Shown one piece after another: positions 9,279 to 19,392 of a stretch of 64,000 nucleotides of DNA (its first letter is position 1; every line of letters begins with the position of its first letter). Source of the DNA: Halobacteriales archaeon QH_10_67_22 (GTDB lineage: Archaea > Halobacteriota > Halobacteria > Halobacteriales > Haloarculaceae); assembly GCA_003021305.1 (NCBI GenBank), contig PXQN01000058.1, positions 633 to 64,632 on the forward strand, read 5' to 3'. A program made the translations under genes and the position numbers. The notes beneath the pieces were generated by a model that worked only from the letters and a program-made list of their open reading frames with translations, was not told where the DNA came from and did not search any database.

Positions 9279-10370
9279 TCAGGCCTCGGACGATTCGTCG
9301 GCGTCGTCGTCGCGCCAGTCGACCAGGTCGTCCTCGTCTTCCTCGTCTATGCGGTGTTCGTAGTAGTTCAGCGGGTGGGACTCGTCGATGACGTCCTCGC
9401 AGATGTCGTCCTTGTTGTAGCAGTCGCCGTAGGACTGCATCGTCGCACACGACGGCGGTGAGTACTCCGTCGGACTGGTCGCGCCGCGGATGTGGTCGAC
9501 CTGGTAGCGAGTCGCCTCCTCGCCGAACCCGGGGTTGACCTCGAACAGGTCGACGATCTCGTCTGTCGTCATCCCGATGCTCGTCAGGAACGAGGCGATC
9601 GCAAAGCGGGAGTGGTGTTCGAGGTGGTCGCCCTTCTGTATCCGGTCCAGCAGGTGTTTCATACAGGGCGGGAACAGCTCGGGGACGACGGTGTCGATCT
9701 CGCGTGTCAGGTCCAGGTCGGCGAGGCGGTCCTCGAGGTCGGCGACTTCCGCGTCGAGTTCGTCGGCGATGACGTCGGGCACCGACAGCGGGAGCCCGTC
9801 GACGACGCGGTGCTGGACGGCCTGCTGACAGAGCGCGAGCAGTTCTTCGCGGGTGACGGTCACCTCGCCGTCGACGAGCGTCCGGTTGACCAGCCGCCAC
9901 TCGTCGCCCCACTTGTCGGCCGCGAGATCCAGGTACGCCCCGACGCCGACCCGGTAGCCGTCGGGCGTCTCGCGCACGTCGCCGGTCAGGTCGAACTCCG
10001 CGAGCAGGTCGGCCAGTGCCAGCCGCTCGGTGCGCGTGCTCTTGTACTCGCTCGTCGCGGCCAGTTCGTCGGTGAACCGCTCGCGGGCCGTCGCCGCCTC
10101 GGCGCGGGCGTACTTGCGGGTCAGGACGCGCTGGTCGACCAGCGAGACGAGCACCCGCGCGACCGGGTACGAGAGCACCTCGACGCGGGTCCGGCGGTGG
10201 GCCTCGCCGACCGTCCCGTCGGCCAGCGCCGAGGCGACGCGGTCGCGGCCGCGCGCCACGACGGCGTCTTCCGTCGCGACCACCGCCGCGAGGTCGACGC
10301 CCGCCTCGTCGACGGCCCGCCTGGCAGCCGACAGGAACGGATAGCGCGCGTGCAGCGGTGTGATCGCCAT
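9279..10370 (-). CDS. priL: DNA primase large subunit PriL
   Basis: FPPCMKHLLDRIQKGDHLEHHSRFAIASFLTSIGM...YSPPSCATMQSYGDC (Fe-S cluster region). The start was taken at MAITPLHARYPFL (cat at 10368-10370). Confidence 0.9.
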   Translation of the reverse strand: MAITPLHARYPFLSAARRAVDEAGVDLAAVVATEDAVVARGRDRVASALADGTVGEAHRRTRVEVLSYPVARVLVSLVDQRVLTRKYARAEAATARERFTDELAATSEYKSTRTERLALADLLAEFDLTGDVRETPDGYRVGVGAYLDLAADKWGDEWRLVNRTLVDGEVTVTREELLALCQQAVQHRVVDGLPLSVPDVIADELDAEVADLEDRLADLDLTREIDTVVPELFPPCMKHLLDRIQKGDHLEHHSRFAIASFLTSIGMTTDEIVDLFEVNPGFGEEATRYQVDHIRGATSPTEYSPPSCATMQSYGDCYNKDDICEDVIDESHPLNYYEHRIDEEDEDDLVDWRDDDADESSEA

Positions 10371-10648
10371 CTGCAGGCCGGTTGCGCGCGAACCCGAATA
10401 AACCCCGTGGTCGGTCCGCACCGCTCCCGCGGCTGCGAACCCGGCGACTGCAGACGGACGGGCCGCTCGACGTTCGGACTGAAACCGGTGACCGTCCCCG
10501 GCGGCCCCGGCGTGAGCATCGAAAGGGGGGAAGGGGGAAGGAGGAAGGGGATGAGGGTGGTCGGTAGGTGGGGACCCACCGACCATACTGAAATGCCGAA
10601 GGTGGAGCGGGTCAGCCGCTCCGACCGGCCGCTGACATCCACGTTCCG

Positions 10649-11254
10649 CTATCCGTTGCCGTTGCCGTTGTTGCCGTCACTGCCGTTGCCGTTGTCCTGG
10701 TCGTCGTCCGACGAGTCCGAGTCCGTGTCGTCTTCTTCGTCGTCACCGTCGCTCTCTTCGTCGTCCCCGTCGTCCCCGTCGTCCGGTGGACCGGCGTCGT
10801 CCGGCGGACCGGTCTCGTTGCCTGACCCGGCGTGTTCGGGCGGGCCAGTCTCGTTACCCGGACCAGCGTGGTCGGGCGGGCCAGTCTCGTTGCCCGGACC
10901 AGCGTGGTCCGGAACTGACGAGGATGGGTTGTTCGCGAGCACGAAGGTCGCGACTGCCTGACCGAACGTGCCGTTGGTCCCGTTGACCTGCAGCTCTGAG
11001 ACGAACGTCGAAACCTGCTCGCCGAACGTGACGTTGACCGTCTCGTTTTCGGTCTCGTTGATCGTCTCGTTTTCGGTCTCGTTGACCGTCTCGTTGGTCG
11101 TCTCGTTGACCAATATCCCGTCCGTCGTGGACGTGCTGGCCGTGTCGTGGTCAACTGCGGGCGCGTTGATACTCGCCGTCCCCGCAGCGAGCGCCGGTCC
11201 GACACCGGCGACGAGCATAACCGCGACCATCGTGACCGGAAGTGCTGTGCGCAT
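10649..11254 (-). CDS. secreted low-complexity protein with dense N-x-T sequons and an acidic tail
   Basis: Signal-peptide-like MRTALPVTMVAVMLVAGVGPALAAG. It has NETTNETVNETENETINETENETVNVT, three PDHAGPGNETGP repeats and a D/E/G/N-rich C-terminus. Confidence 0.65.
   Translation of the reverse strand: MRTALPVTMVAVMLVAGVGPALAAGTASINAPAVDHDTASTSTTDGILVNETTNETVNETENETINETENETVNVTFGEQVSTFVSELQVNGTNGTFGQAVATFVLANNPSSSVPDHAGPGNETGPPDHAGPGNETGPPEHAGSGNETGPPDDAGPPDDGDDGDDEESDGDDEEDDTDSDSSDDDQDNGNGSDGNNGNGNG
10800..10911. repeat. three 36-bp tandem repeats inside the secreted-protein gene
   Basis: Units of GGCGGGCCAGTCTCGTT(A/G)CCCGGACCAGCGTGGTC encode PDHAGPGNETGP. A second set of 12/24-bp GTCTCGTT... 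repeats lies at about 11040-11112. Confidence 0.8.
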
Positions 11255-11452
11255 CCTCACTTCCATCCCATGCCCCCCGAGTCCATATACCCCGTCAGCC
11301 GTTGCGTTCCGTTGCGTTCCGTTGCGAAACAGTTCAAAATCTGTTTCAACGTTTATCCGCCTCTCTGAGCTCGTTTCGGAGATCGCGCTTCTCGAACCCA
11401 TTTCGCCGTGAGCGGGCCGCTACCCGGGGTCGATCCGCGGACTGTGTGGCCC

Positions 11453-12799
11453 CTAATCGTCGCGTTCGCACTCGTGGGAGGGTGTCACGCCCGCGTGCTG
11501 TCGGTCGCGGCGGCGCTGGGCGAGGCCGGCGACGGCAAGTACTGCGAGTCCAGCGACGAGGGGGACGACCAGCAGCGACATCGCCGACGCGACGTCCCAG
11601 CGGTCGACGACCACGCCCAGGACCGCCGGCACCGACCCGATGCCGACCGACCCGACGCCGGTCGCGATGGCGTTGACCGGGCCGCTGTGTTCCGGGACGG
11701 CCTCGGTCGCGTAGGCCAGCAGCGTCGGGAACGCCCCCGAGAGCAACAGCCCGGTGGCCGCCACCCCGACCAGCACCCACAGGCCGTCGGCCAGGACGAA
11801 CGTGTACGCGACCGCGGGGACGAGGCCGGCGACCAGCGCGCCTGCCAGCGTCAGGTAGTCGACGCGCTCGGCGAGCCACCCCGAGACGTACCGTCCCGGG
11901 ACGTACGTCACGAGCAACAGCGTCAGCGTCGCTTCCGACAGGCCGTCGGGCAACTGGGCGCTCGCGTAGTAGGGGAGCCAGGTGAACAGCGCGCCCTCGA
12001 CCCCCGTCGTGAAAAAGAGGACGACGAGCATCCCGAGCACTTCCGGGCGGCCCAGCAGCGGCGCGAGGCCGTCGCGTGTCAGCGGCCGTTCGGTCGTCCG
12101 GAGGGCCGGCGGATCCAGCCGCCAGAACAGGGCGGCGACGAGCGCTACGGTGACCGCGAGGGCGCCGTACACCAGTCGCCACGAGCCGACCGCGACGGCA
12201 CCGGCGACGGCCAGCGGCCCGCTCGCGGCACCGACGGCCCAGGCCATGTCGTAGCGGTTGTACACCCGCCCCCGCTCGCCGGGGTAGAAGTGGCTCAACA
12301 GCGGCCGGTCGAGCGCGCGGACGGCACCGGTCGCTGCCCCCCTGATGACGATGGCCCCGAGAAACAGCGCGAACGCGGGCGCCAGTCCCATCGCCAGCAG
12401 TGCGAGGGCGCTCCCGACCAGGCCGACGAGGATGAACCGGCGCGAGTCGAGGTGGCCGGCGCCCGACCCGACGACGACCATCACGACGAGATAGCCGACG
12501 GTCCCGGCGGGCGCGACCAGGCCGAGTTGCCACTCCGGGGGCCCGAAATCGCCCGCGAGCGACGGCAACACCGCCCCACGGGCCTGGAGCATGGCGCCCG
12601 TGGTCGCCACCGACAGGAAGATCGCGACCGTCCACAGTCGCCGGTTGCGTTCGTCGCCCGCGGCCGTCCCGTCGCCAGTCACCGTCTGCTCCCTGCCGGG
12701 TCGCTGGCGGCACGGACTCGCCGGATGCCCCGTCCGCACGGTCCCGCCGAGGACCCGCTCGCGGCGTGCATATACGCCCGCGTACAGAGCGTCCGACAA
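11453..12799 (-). CDS. MFS transporter
   Basis: About 12 hydrophobic segments. The N-terminal roughly 40 residues look non-native, so the true start may be GTG with top coordinate 12682. Confidence 0.75.
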   Translation of the reverse strand: MSDALYAGVYARRERVLGGTVRTGHPASPCRQRPGREQTVTGDGTAAGDERNRRLWTVAIFLSVATTGAMLQARGAVLPSLAGDFGPPEWQLGLVAPAGTVGYLVVMVVVGSGAGHLDSRRFILVGLVGSALALLAMGLAPAFALFLGAIVIRGAATGAVRALDRPLLSHFYPGERGRVYNRYDMAWAVGAASGPLAVAGAVAVGSWRLVYGALAVTVALVAALFWRLDPPALRTTERPLTRDGLAPLLGRPEVLGMLVVLFFTTGVEGALFTWLPYYASAQLPDGLSEATLTLLLVTYVPGRYVSGWLAERVDYLTLAGALVAGLVPAVAYTFVLADGLWVLVGVAATGLLLSGAFPTLLAYATEAVPEHSGPVNAIATGVGSVGIGSVPAVLGVVVDRWDVASAMSLLVVPLVAGLAVLAVAGLAQRRRDRQHAGVTPSHECERDD

Positions 12800-13011
12800 A
12801 GGTCCTGTCGGTCCCGTCGGAGTCCGACCCGTGGTTGCCGGATGGTTTTATTACAGTTGCCAGTCACAGTTCGGACCCAGCAACGATGGGACACCTGGGT
12901 AGCCCGGCGTGACGATCCCGGTCGCCGAGCTCCGGGCGGCGGGGCTCGACTACGTCGAGGAACTGCTCGACGAGCCGTAGAACGGCGGATGGAGACGGAT
13001 GCGAACCCGGG

Positions 13012-13731
13012 CTACACCGCGGCCATCGCCTCGGCCAGCGTGAACCGGCCCTCGTAGAGGGCGCTGCCGACGACGACGGCGCTCGCACCCGCCGCGTGTA
13101 GCGCCCTGACGTCCTCGACGGTGGCGACGCCGCCGCTGGCGACGACCGGCACGTCGACGGCCCCGACCACCCGCTCGACGGGGTCGGTCCGGACGCCATC
13201 GAGTCGCCCCTCCACGTCGACGTCGGTAAACAGGATACCGCCGGCACCCAGTCGTTCGTAGCGCCGGGCGGCCTCGGCAGGGTCTAGCCCCGTGCCCTCG
13301 GTCCAGCCTGAGACGACCACCTCGCCGTCTTTCGCGTCGAGACTCACCAGCACGCTCCCGGGGAACTCGTCGCTTATCTCGGCGACGATGTCGGGGGTCT
13401 CGACGGCGGCGGTGCCGAGGATGACGCGGTCGACGCCCGCCCCGAGCAGGCTCGTCGCGTCGTCGACGGTGCGGATCCCGCCGCCCAGTTGCACGTCGAC
13501 GTCAACGGCCTCGACAACCCGCTCGATGGCGTCTGCGTTCTCGCGCTCGCCTTCGAAGGCACCGCCCAGGTCGACGAGGTGGAGCGTCCGGGCGCCTGCC
13601 TCGACCCACCGCCGGGCGGCCGCGACGGGGTCACCGTACGTCTTCCCGGTGTCGCGCTCGCCGCCGACCAGCTGGACGACCTGGCCGTCCTGGACGTCGA
13701 CCGCCGGGACGACCTCGAACTCGGGGAACAT
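13012..13731 (-). CDS. hisA: ProFAR isomerase HisA
   Basis: VVPAVDVQDGQVVQLVGG...LHLVDLGGAFEG...VQLGGGIRT...VVASGGVATVEDV, the canonical HisA barrel motifs. Confidence 0.93.
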   Translation of the reverse strand: MFPEFEVVPAVDVQDGQVVQLVGGERDTGKTYGDPVAAARRWVEAGARTLHLVDLGGAFEGERENADAIERVVEAVDVDVQLGGGIRTVDDATSLLGAGVDRVILGTAAVETPDIVAEISDEFPGSVLVSLDAKDGEVVVSGWTEGTGLDPAEAARRYERLGAGGILFTDVDVEGRLDGVRTDPVERVVGAVDVPVVASGGVATVEDVRALHAAGASAVVVGSALYEGRFTLAEAMAAV

Positions 13732-13795
13732 ATCTCCGCGTGGGCGAGCGCGGGCGGAAAGCGTGTCGGTTCCGCCCGCGGCTCCGCCGTGACCG

Positions 13796-15424
13796 TCACT
13801 CCAGTAAGAGTAGCGTCGGGTCCTCCAGGTACTCGACGAGCGTGTTGACGAAGCGGGCGGCGTCGGCGCCGTCGACGACGCGGTGGTCGATAGACAGCGA
13901 CAGCGTCAGCACGTGGCGGGGTACGACCTCGCCGCTCACGCCGCCCGCGTCGGGGTCGTCGGTCCCGTCTGCGCCGTCACGCTCGACGACGACCGGACGT
14001 TTCTTGATCTCGCCGAGTCCCAGAATGGCAGTCTCGGGGTAGTTGATGATCGGCGTGGCGTACTCGCCGCCGATGGCCCCGAAGTTGGTGACGGTGAAGG
14101 TGCTGCCCCGGAGCTGGTCGCGGGCGATAGAGCGGTCGCGGGCCGCCGCCGTGAGGTCGGCTATCTCCGAGGCGATAGGCAGCAGGCCCTTCCCGTCGAC
14201 TGCCTCGACGACCGGCACCATCAGCCCGGCGTCGGTGGCCGTGGCCACGCCGATGTCGTAGTAGTTCTTGTAGACGATTTCGTCGCTGTCCTCGTCGAGC
14301 GCGGTGTTCAACACCGGGTGTTCTTTCAGGGCGGCGATGACGGCCTTCAGCACGAAGGGGAGATAGGTGAGGTTCACGCCCTGCTCCTCGGCGCGGGGTT
14401 TCAGTCGCTCTCGGGCCCGGACCAGCTCGGTCACGTCGGCCGTGTCGTGGTGGGTGACGTGGGGCGCGGTGAACTTCGAGCGCTCCATCGCCTCGCCGAT
14501 GGTCTTGCGCACGCCGCGGTACGGCTCCCGGCGCTCTCGGGCGTCGGGTCCGTCCCGGCGGGCCTGGTCGCCCGCGCCGGCGGCCAACTCGGCGGCGTCG
14601 GCGGCCTGGGCGCGCTGCTGGGCCTCGGCGTACTCCCGGACCGCCGCCTCCGTGACGTACGCCTCGCCGTCACGCTCCTCGACCGCGGGCACGTCGTCGA
14701 GAGCGACGTCGAGTTCGCGGGAGACCCGCCTGGTCGCAGGCGTCGCCAGTGTCCGGTCCCGTCCCGCCGGCTTGGGGCCGCCCGCGGCGCCGCCCTGCTG
14801 TCCGTCGGCGCCCGCTCCGGTCGCGCCGTCGTCGTCGACCGCGGAGACGACCGACGTGAGCCCGTCGTCGGCCTCCCTGTCGCCGTTCTCGTCGTCGTCG
14901 ATCCGCGTGACGGCCGACTTCAGGCCGCCGTCGTCCTGTCCGTCGTCGCCCTGTCCGTCGGCGGCCGCGCGGACGTCGGCCTCGGTGACGCGCCCGCCGG
15001 GACCCGAGCCATCCACAGCCCCGATGTCGACGCCGAGTTCCCGGGCCAGTTGCCGCGCCGAGGGCGGCGCGAACACCCGCCCGCCGGGAGCAGACTCCTC
15101 GTCGGCCGCGGCCTCGCCGTCCCCGGCGGTCGCTTCGCCATCGTCGGTTGCATCGACCGAGTCGGTTCCGGCGGCTTCCTCGTCCTCGCCGTCGACCGCG
15201 AAGGTGACGAGGACGTCGCCGACGGGGACGACGTCCCCGGGGTCGGCGTGGAGTTCGTGGACCCGCCCGTCGACGGGCGAGGGGACGTCGACGGCGGCCT
15301 TGTCAGTCTCGACTCTGGCGACGACCTGGTCTTCGGTGACGCGGTCGCCCACCGACACCTGCCAGGCCAGGAGGTCGCCCTCGGTGACGCCTTCGCCCAC
15401 GTCGGGGAGCGTGAACTCGCGCAT
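13796..15424 (-). CDS. 2-oxoacid dehydrogenase E2 (dihydrolipoamide acyltransferase)
   Basis: Lipoyl domain VETDKAAVDVPSP, E3-binding PSARQLARELGVDI and catalytic DHRVVDGADAARF. Confidence 0.92.
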   Translation of the reverse strand: MREFTLPDVGEGVTEGDLLAWQVSVGDRVTEDQVVARVETDKAAVDVPSPVDGRVHELHADPGDVVPVGDVLVTFAVDGEDEEAAGTDSVDATDDGEATAGDGEAAADEESAPGGRVFAPPSARQLARELGVDIGAVDGSGPGGRVTEADVRAAADGQGDDGQDDGGLKSAVTRIDDDENGDREADDGLTSVVSAVDDDGATGAGADGQQGGAAGGPKPAGRDRTLATPATRRVSRELDVALDDVPAVEERDGEAYVTEAAVREYAEAQQRAQAADAAELAAGAGDQARRDGPDARERREPYRGVRKTIGEAMERSKFTAPHVTHHDTADVTELVRARERLKPRAEEQGVNLTYLPFVLKAVIAALKEHPVLNTALDEDSDEIVYKNYYDIGVATATDAGLMVPVVEAVDGKGLLPIASEIADLTAAARDRSIARDQLRGSTFTVTNFGAIGGEYATPIINYPETAILGLGEIKKRPVVVERDGADGTDDPDAGGVSGEVVPRHVLTLSLSIDHRVVDGADAARFVNTLVEYLEDPTLLLLE

Positions 15425-15426
15425 GG

Positions 15427-16428
15427 TCAGAAGTCGACGGCGTCTCTAATGCCGTCTTCGATGCGGTCGGCCTCGGGCAGGTAGTAGTCCTCCAGGGCGT
15501 ACAGCGGGTAGGGGACGTCGAAACCCGTGACTCGCTCGACGGGGGCCTCCTGGTAGAGCAACGATTCTTCCTGGAGCGTGGCGATGATCTCGCCGGCCAG
15601 GCCGCCGGTCTTGGGCGCCTCGTGGACGACGACGGCCCGCCCGGTCTTCTCGAAGGAGTCGACGATAGTGTCCTCGTCCAGCGGCGAGAGCGTCCGCAGG
15701 TCGACCACCTCGACGTCTACCTCGCCGGCGAGGTTCTCGGCGGCCTCCATCGTCGGCCGGGTCATCGCGCCCCAGGTGAACACCGACACGTCCGACCCCG
15801 CCCGGCGGACGGCGGCCTCGCCCAGTTCTACGGTGTAGGGCTCTGCGGGGACGTCCTCGCGGAACGCCCGGTAGATCAGTTTCGGTTCGAGAAAGACGAC
15901 GGGGTCGGGGTCGCGTATCGACGCCGCGAGCAGTCCTTTCGTGTCGTAGGGCGTCGACGGGACCACGACTTTCAGCCCCGGTTCGTGGACGAAGAAGGCT
16001 TCCGTGGACTCGGAGTGGTGTTCGGGCGCACGGATGCCGCCGCCGTAGGGTGCCCGGACCACGAGCGGGCAGGTAAAGGCGCCCCGCGACCGGGTGCGCA
16101 GGCGAGCGGCGTGGGAGACGATCTGGTCGAACGCGGGGTAGATGAAGCCCATGAACTGGATCTCGGCGACCGGGCGCATCCCGTAGGCGGCCATGCCGAT
16201 GGCGGTGCCGACGATGCCCGACTCGGCCAGGGGCGTGTCGACGACGCGGTCCGCGCCGAACTCGTCGATGAGTCCCTGCGTGGCCCGGAAGACGCCGCCG
16301 TTCTCGCCGACGTCCTCGCCCATGACGAGCACGTCGTCGTCGCGTTCCATCTCGTCGTGCAGGCCGTCGCGTACGGCCTGTACGAGCGTCAAACTCTCTG
16401 TCTGGGCCTCCTGGTGGGTCCGGCTCAT
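15427..16428 (-). CDS. 2-oxoacid dehydrogenase E1 beta subunit
   Basis: LTLVQAVRDGLHDEM...VVDTPLAESGIVG...RAPYGGGIRAPEHHS, the transketolase-like beta subunit. Confidence 0.92.
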   Translation of the reverse strand: MSRTHQEAQTESLTLVQAVRDGLHDEMERDDDVLVMGEDVGENGGVFRATQGLIDEFGADRVVDTPLAESGIVGTAIGMAAYGMRPVAEIQFMGFIYPAFDQIVSHAARLRTRSRGAFTCPLVVRAPYGGGIRAPEHHSESTEAFFVHEPGLKVVVPSTPYDTKGLLAASIRDPDPVVFLEPKLIYRAFREDVPAEPYTVELGEAAVRRAGSDVSVFTWGAMTRPTMEAAENLAGEVDVEVVDLRTLSPLDEDTIVDSFEKTGRAVVVHEAPKTGGLAGEIIATLQEESLLYQEAPVERVTGFDVPYPLYALEDYYLPEADRIEDGIRDAVDF

Positions 16429-16429
16429 G

Positions 16430-17412
16430 TCATTCGAGGATGGCGTCGTCGCCGTGGCGGTCGCGCAGTCGCTGGAGGTAGGCCTGCTGTTCGTCCAGTC
16501 GCCGGGGCATGCCCTCGTAGACGTGGGCGAACATCTCCGCGGGGTCGGGCCGTTTGACCGCCTCGGCGGTCGCGATGGCCTCGGCGACTTCGTCTTCGAT
16601 GCCCTGTTCGATCGCTTCGATCCGGTCGTCGTCTAAGATCGCCTGGTCCCGGAGGAACCGCTCCATGCGCGGGATCGGGTCCTTCTGGCGCCAGCGCTCG
16701 ACCTCCTCCTCGTCGCGGTACACGGAGGGGTCGTCGGCCGTCGTGTGAGCGCCGAAGCGGTACTGGACGGCCTCGATCAGCGTCGGGCGCAACTCGTCGG
16801 GGTTGGGGTGTTTGGCCTTCTCGACGGCGGCCCTGGTCACCTGGTAGACCGCCAGCGGGTCCATCCCGTCGACCTGGACGCCCTCGAACCCGTAGGCCGT
16901 CGCCTTCCCGGCCAGCGTCTCACTCGCCGTCTGTCGTTCCCGGGGCACCGAGATGGCCCACTGGTTGTTGTTACAGAAAAAGACCGCGGGGACGTCGAAC
17001 ACGCCGGCGAAGTTCAGCCCCTCGTGGAAGTCACCCTCCGAGGTGGCGCCGTCGCCGAAGTAACAGAGAAACGCCTTCCGTTCGTCTCTGAGTTTCGAGG
17101 CCCACGCCGCGCCGGTGGCGTGATCGCGGCGTGCTCGCGGTAGCTCGGGAACAGCCAGTCGTCGTCTTCGAGGGCGTGGACGCTGCCGACCTGGGCGCCC
17201 TCCTGGCCCGACAGCGGCGGGTACGTCCCCATCCGCCCCTGGCGCTGCAGACTCACTGCCCGCTCGTCGAACCGCCGCGCGAGTTTCATCTCGCGGTACA
17301 TCTCGACGAACGTCTCCTCGTCCAGGTCGGGTACCGTCGCACCGTCGCGTACCCGACCGTCCTCGTCGAGAACCTGGACCCTGTCGTCCGGGTCTCGCTG
17401 TAACGTACTCAT
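16430..17412 (-). pseudogene. 2-oxoacid dehydrogenase E1 alpha subunit, disrupted by internal deletion plus frameshift
   Basis: The N-terminal 95 aa (ORF 17014-17412, ...DDDWLFPSYREHAA) and the C-terminal ~225 aa (frame of ORF 16430-17437, HATGAAWASKL...YFGDGATSEGDFHEGLNFAGV...NNNQWAIS) are in different frames. They are joined at about 17120-17130. Roughly 47 codons normally present between them are absent. Confidence 0.8.
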
Positions 17413-17668
17413 AGAACCCTCCTGGGGAACATACCACGGATTTCTCGCGCTGACGGCTTAAGGATTTCCGTAAATAGCTTTCGCTCGTGACTATTATTGC
17501 CCGCGGCGAGTCGGTGAACGTCGAACGAGGATGGGATTTTCAGCCATTTCTCCCCCGGTATCGGGGCAGCAACTGAACGAACGTCCACTGACTAGTCACA
17601 CAGCGCGAGCGTGCCCGTCGGCCGTGCCCGCCGCTCGCGCTCGGCTACCTTCGTGGGAACGAGGCCAG

Positions 17669-18598
17669 TCAGTCAACTCGTGCGTGGCGTCGAGCCGCCT
17701 CGACGGAGGCCCCGTCCCGGAGGACGCTCTCGACGAACAGTTCGCCCGCCCGGTAGGACGACCGGACCATCGGGCCCGAGGCACAGTACAGGAAGTCGAG
17801 TTCGTCCTCGGCGACCCGTCGCCAGGTGTCGAACGCATCGGGGTGGACGTACTCGCTGACTTCGAGGTGCGAGCGCGAGGGCTGGAGGGACTGGCCCAGC
17901 GTGACGATGTCGACGCCGACGCTCTGGAGGTCGGCGAGCGTCTGGTAGACCTCGTGGTCGTACTCGCCGACGCCGAGCATCAGGCTAGTCTTGACGTAGG
18001 CGTCTCCCTCGCGGGCGGCCTGCCGGAGGACCGACAGCGACTGTTCGTACCCCGCACGGCGGTCCCGGACCGGCCACTGGAGCCGATCGACGGTCTCGAC
18101 GTTGTGGGCGAACACGTCCGGCTCCGCGTCCAACACTTCCCCCACGAGGTCGGGGTCGCCCTGGAAATCGGGGGTGAGCGCCTCGACCAGGATACCCGGG
18201 TGTCGGTCCTGTATCGCCTCGATCGTCCGGGCGAAGTGGCCGGCGCCCTGGTCGGGCAGGTCGTCGCGGTCGACCGACGTGAGCACGACGTAATCGAGGC
18301 CGATCTCGGCGACTGCGTCGGCGACCTGCTCGGGTTCCTCGGGGTCTAACGGGGCCATCCCGCCGGTCTCGACGTCACAGAAGTTACACCCCCGCGAACA
18401 CCGGTCGCCCATCAGCATGAACGTCGCAGTGCCGGGGCCGTCCCGCCCGCTCCAGCATTCCCCCAGGTTCGGACAGTTGGCCTCCTCACACACCGTGTTG
18501 AGGTCGTGGTCCCGCAACGTCTCTCTGATCTCGGTGAACCGCTCGCCCGCCGGTGGCCGGGTCTTCAACCACTCGGGCTTGCGAGCGTGACTCATCAT
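17669..18598 (-). CDS. lipA: lipoyl synthase
   Basis: VCEEANCPNLGECW and radical-SAM CSRGCNFCDV motifs. The start was taken at MMSHARKPEWLK (codon 31 of ORF 17669-18688). Confidence 0.92.
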   Translation of the reverse strand: MMSHARKPEWLKTRPPAGERFTEIRETLRDHDLNTVCEEANCPNLGECWSGRDGPGTATFMLMGDRCSRGCNFCDVETGGMAPLDPEEPEQVADAVAEIGLDYVVLTSVDRDDLPDQGAGHFARTIEAIQDRHPGILVEALTPDFQGDPDLVGEVLDAEPDVFAHNVETVDRLQWPVRDRRAGYEQSLSVLRQAAREGDAYVKTSLMLGVGEYDHEVYQTLADLQSVGVDIVTLGQSLQPSRSHLEVSEYVHPDAFDTWRRVAEDELDFLYCASGPMVRSSYRAGELFVESVLRDGASVEAARRHARVD

Positions 18599-18744
18599 CC
18601 ACCAGTTGGGACCGGGCGGGCAAAAACGTGCGGACCGGCCGCCCGTGGGGCCGCGACGCCACAGAGACAGTCTCGACCACGAGTCCACGGAAATCCGCGG
18701 TTCGAGGGAAAATCATATCAAACATGAGGGCGAACGTCAGGTGA

Positions 18745-19392
18745 ATGAACTCCGCCGAGTTGCTCGACCTCCTGGGGAACGCCAACCGGCGGCGGATCCT
18801 GCAGTTGCTCGCACACAAACCCTGTTACGTGACCGAGATCAGCGAGTACCTGGGCGTCAGTCCGAAGGCGGTCATCGACCACCTCGACAAGCTGGAGACG
18901 GCGGGGCTGGTCGAGAGTCGGGTCGACGACAAGCGCCGGAAGTACTTCCACATCGCCCGCAACCTCCGGCTGGAAGTGAACGTCTCCCCCTACCAGTTCG
19001 GGACAAAGAGCGCCTATCCGGCCAGTCAGGTCGACGTGACGACCTGCCGGCACGTCTCGATCGACGCCGAGTTCGAGGAGACGACCGACGCCGCCGACCT
19101 GGCGCGGGAACTGAGTCGGTTGCGGGACCTCGAAAAGGAGCTGTCGATGGTCCAGCGGTGGGTCCACGGGCGACTGACCGACGTGATGGACGACCTCACC
19201 GACCAGTTCGAGGGCGAGGACAGCCGCCTGCTGGGCGACGTGGTCTCGTCGCTGGCCGCAGACCCCGGTACCATCGAGGAGGTGAGCCGTCGTCTGGAGA
19301 CCCCGCCCGAAGTCGTCGCCGAGACGCTCCGACAGCTGGCCGACGACGGCGTCGTCGTTCGCGACGGCGACGAGTGGCGCCTCCCCGACTAA
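18745..19392 (+). CDS. ArsR-family winged-helix transcription regulator with a C-terminal extension
   Basis: LLGNANRRRILQLLAHKPCYVTEISEYLGVSPKAVIDHLDKLETAGLV. Confidence 0.8.
   Translation: MNSAELLDLLGNANRRRILQLLAHKPCYVTEISEYLGVSPKAVIDHLDKLETAGLVESRVDDKRRKYFHIARNLRLEVNVSPYQFGTKSAYPASQVDVTTCRHVSIDAEFEETTDAADLARELSRLRDLEKELSMVQRWVHGRLTDVMDDLTDQFEGEDSRLLGDVVSSLAADPGTIEEVSRRLETPPEVVAETLRQLADDGVVVRDGDEWRLPD

Noticed and set aside
10640-10760. Short tandem repeats (CCGTTG/GTCGTC units) that could be mistaken for a repeat array
   Set aside because: They encode the GNG/acidic low-complexity tail of the secreted protein. There is no repeat-spacer architecture, and no CRISPR array occurs anywhere in the window.
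12905-12978. 23-codon plus-strand ORF (VTIPVAELRAAGLDYVEELLDEP*) between the MFS gene and hisA
   Set aside because: It is too short and has no recognisable family. It may be a relic of a deleted gene, but that is speculation.
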